Shown here piece after piece: positions 63,901-64,000 of a stretch of DNA of 64,000 nt (the stretch's first letter is position 1; each line of letters opens with the position of its first letter). The notes beneath the pieces are model-generated. The model did no database searches. It saw nothing but the letters and a program-made list of their open reading frames with translations, and was not told where the DNA came from. This DNA is from Thalia democratica. Lineage: Eukaryota. Made by a program: the position numbers and the translations under genes. The stretch lies in contig OZ241826.1 in assembly GCA_965202585.1 (NCBI GenBank), positions 42,284,001 through 42,348,000 of the forward strand. Direction: 5' to 3'.

Positions 63901-64000
63901 GATCGGAGGACTGCTGCAGGGTGGCGGCGAGGAGTGACGGGATTCTGTTTGTGACGTCATTTTGAGGTGAATTGACGTCACCAGTTTCAGGTGGTTGACA
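42886..64000 (-). CDS. ehbp1: EH domain-binding protein 1 family gene (EHBP1-like), 3' portion; coding exons >64000-63236, 63067-62951, 62767-62663, 61581-61476, 61280-59661, 58151-58092, 57060-56924, 56729-56630, 51322-51205, 50371-50298, 43439-43325, 42976-42886
   Basis: All 12 exons join in one frame through GT-AG introns with matching phases. The protein contains ELERKRKIRERAHMLISQTR (compare the RERARxLIAEAR-type helix of EHBP1) and a bMERB-like C-terminus (LEAQQQKLDNELQEIEERSAEVQMEL...EEDLAREWIQIVNKKNRLV...EEELIMKKIALVNEKNEIIHRID). It ends in the CaaX box ENCVIM*, as EHBP1 ends in CaaX. The position directly upstream of Otx in the same orientation matches EHBP1-OTX1. NT-C2 and CH domains would lie outside the window. 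Confidence 0.88.
43325..43439 (-). CDS. ehbp1: Ehbp1-like exon K (bMERB: HMKSDAMKQKEEELIMKKIALVNEKNEIIHRIDEKEE)
   Basis: cacacag|AG...GA|gtcagt; 115 nt, phase 1-2. Confidence 0.88.
45506..45730. promoter_or_regulatory. GATA-site cluster within a degenerate tandem duplication (Ehbp1 intron J-K)
   Basis: TTATCT at 45520, 45586, 45657 and 45709; TTATCTGATCA(C/A)AAATGTTTTGT twice; TTCGCACAAC twice. Confidence 0.45.
50298..50371 (-). CDS. ehbp1: Ehbp1-like exon J (HDEQRVINEIEEIERKVNKFANIE)
   Basis: aatttacag|C...GAA G|gtttga; 74 nt, phase 2-1; exactly bridges the phase gap between exons I and K. Confidence 0.8.
51205..51322 (-). CDS. ehbp1: Ehbp1-like exon I (bMERB: FGRNNQAMKQREEDLAREWIQIVNKKNRLVIQQDQLCL)
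   Basis: atcaacag|TG...GC|gtcagt; 118 nt, phase 1-2; EW..+VNKKN motif of bMERB domains. Confidence 0.88.
53957..55590. promoter_or_regulatory. Candidate enhancer: cluster of 10 K50-homeodomain (GGATTA/TAATCC) sites in the Ehbp1 intron H-I
   Basis: Sites at 53957, 54012, 54205, 54249, 54294, 54381, 54940, 55039, 55179 and 55585 lie within the largest GC/CpG-rich island. Function is inferred. Confidence 0.55.
56630..56729 (-). CDS. ehbp1: Ehbp1-like exon H (bMERB helix 1: LEAQQQKLDNELQEIEERSAEVQMELQQIKQPK)
   Basis: atttacag|TTG...AAA A|gtttgt; 100 nt, phase 0-1. Confidence 0.8.
56924..57060 (-). CDS. ehbp1: Ehbp1-like exon G (SVRKSRPLSQADANLVKRLSRIMGIENAEEIMEDEANIDITPVAA)
   Basis: gtgacag|GA...GCT|gtgcgt; 137 nt, phase 1-0, GC-ending codons. 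Confidence 0.8.
57253..57776. mobile_element. 524-bp MITE-like non-autonomous DNA transposon with long terminal inverted repeats and TA flanks
   Basis: Termini ta|GGGTGCATCTGTTGCCCT and AGGGACAACATATGCTCCC|ta are imperfect inverted repeats. The inverted arms run about 140 bp and include a perfect 29-bp block (57365-57393 TAAGCCTGTTGGAGCAAACTACTTTTGAA versus 57639-57667). The core is AT-rich with no ORF. Confidence 0.85.
58092..58151 (-). CDS. ehbp1: Ehbp1-like exon F (VVMRNHPVHTEFEDKLPRM)
   Basis: ggtacag|AA...ATG A|gtaaga; 60 nt, phase 1-1. Confidence 0.65.
59173..59188. repeat. (CA)8 microsatellite
   Basis: cacacacacacacaca read directly. Confidence 0.9.
59661..61280 (-). CDS. ehbp1: Ehbp1-like exon E, 1620-nt Glu/Ser/Ala/Asp-rich exon
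   Basis: Lies within the 568-aa ORF 59644-61350. Acceptor ttaaagcag|CT and donor GAAG|gttttg give phase 1-1 and a length divisible by 3, matching both neighbours. Confidence 0.8.
61476..61581 (-). CDS. ehbp1: Ehbp1-like exon D (ELERKRKIRERAHMLISQTRKSIEKEDFTDNKIES)
   Basis: aattag|GAA...TCT A|gtaagt; 106 nt, phase 0-1; EHBP1-like RERA..LI motif. Confidence 0.75.
62663..62767 (-). CDS. ehbp1: Ehbp1-like exon C (DSARERTKKSKIMELLEKAKKANALQENNEEIDDE)
   Basis: ttttttatag|GAC...GAG|gtaaaa; 105 nt, phase 0-0, open. Confidence 0.7.
62951..63067 (-). CDS. ehbp1: Ehbp1-like exon B (NEEAISVHSAESSENISENSKNDETCSNASFDDTVNNLI)
   Basis: ttttataaag|AAT...ATT|gttagt; 117 nt, phase 0-0, open. Confidence 0.65.
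63236..64000 (-). CDS. ehbp1: Ehbp1-like exon A (5'-truncated by window edge), acidic low-complexity
   Basis: Frame open from the window end (CQPPETGDVNSPQNDVTNR...) to ...IIRNGH|gtaagt, a phase-0 donor. Confidence 0.8.

Noticed and set aside
1-64000. tRNA, rRNA, snRNA, spliced-leader RNA genes, CRISPR arrays, non-canonical introns, transposase or reverse-transcriptase ORFs
   Set aside because: None was recognised. All modelled introns are GT-AG, and A-box-like strings (e.g. 27221, 33494) lack a B box or cloverleaf. A covariance-model search would be needed to exclude small RNAs.

Overview
AT-rich eukaryotic (animal) genomic DNA with canonical GT-AG introns. It is most likely from a tunicate; this is inferred from the ascidian-like Otx N-terminus (MSYLKP...ACYFQR...GMH), relaxed GTT/GTC splice donors and abundant TGACGTCA, and cannot be confirmed without a search. 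Three protein-coding units were reconstructed by hand, all on the minus strand. (1) The 3' part of an EHBP1-family gene (12 coding exons from >64000 down to 42886) encodes acidic low-complexity regions, a bMERB-like coiled-coil domain and a C-terminal CaaX box (CVIM). (2) A complete Otx homeobox gene (here Otx-A; 4 coding exons, 25621-24078, 412 aa, K50 homeodomain). (3) The first coding exon of a second, diverged Otx paralogue (here Otx-B, 483-387), missed by the ORF track, which continues beyond the window start. The window is therefore an Ehbp1-Otx-Otx tandem arrangement: the ancient Ehbp1-Otx linkage plus a local Otx duplication. About 50 kb of non-coding DNA alternates AT-rich spacers with roughly 40 GC/CpG-richer islands carrying clustered K50 (GGATTA), RFX X-box, CRE, GATA and unexplained motifs. 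Two MITE-like insertions are present. No rRNA, tRNA or CRISPR features were recognised. All splice models, motif counts and chance estimates were done by eye or by hand and need computational or RNA confirmation.
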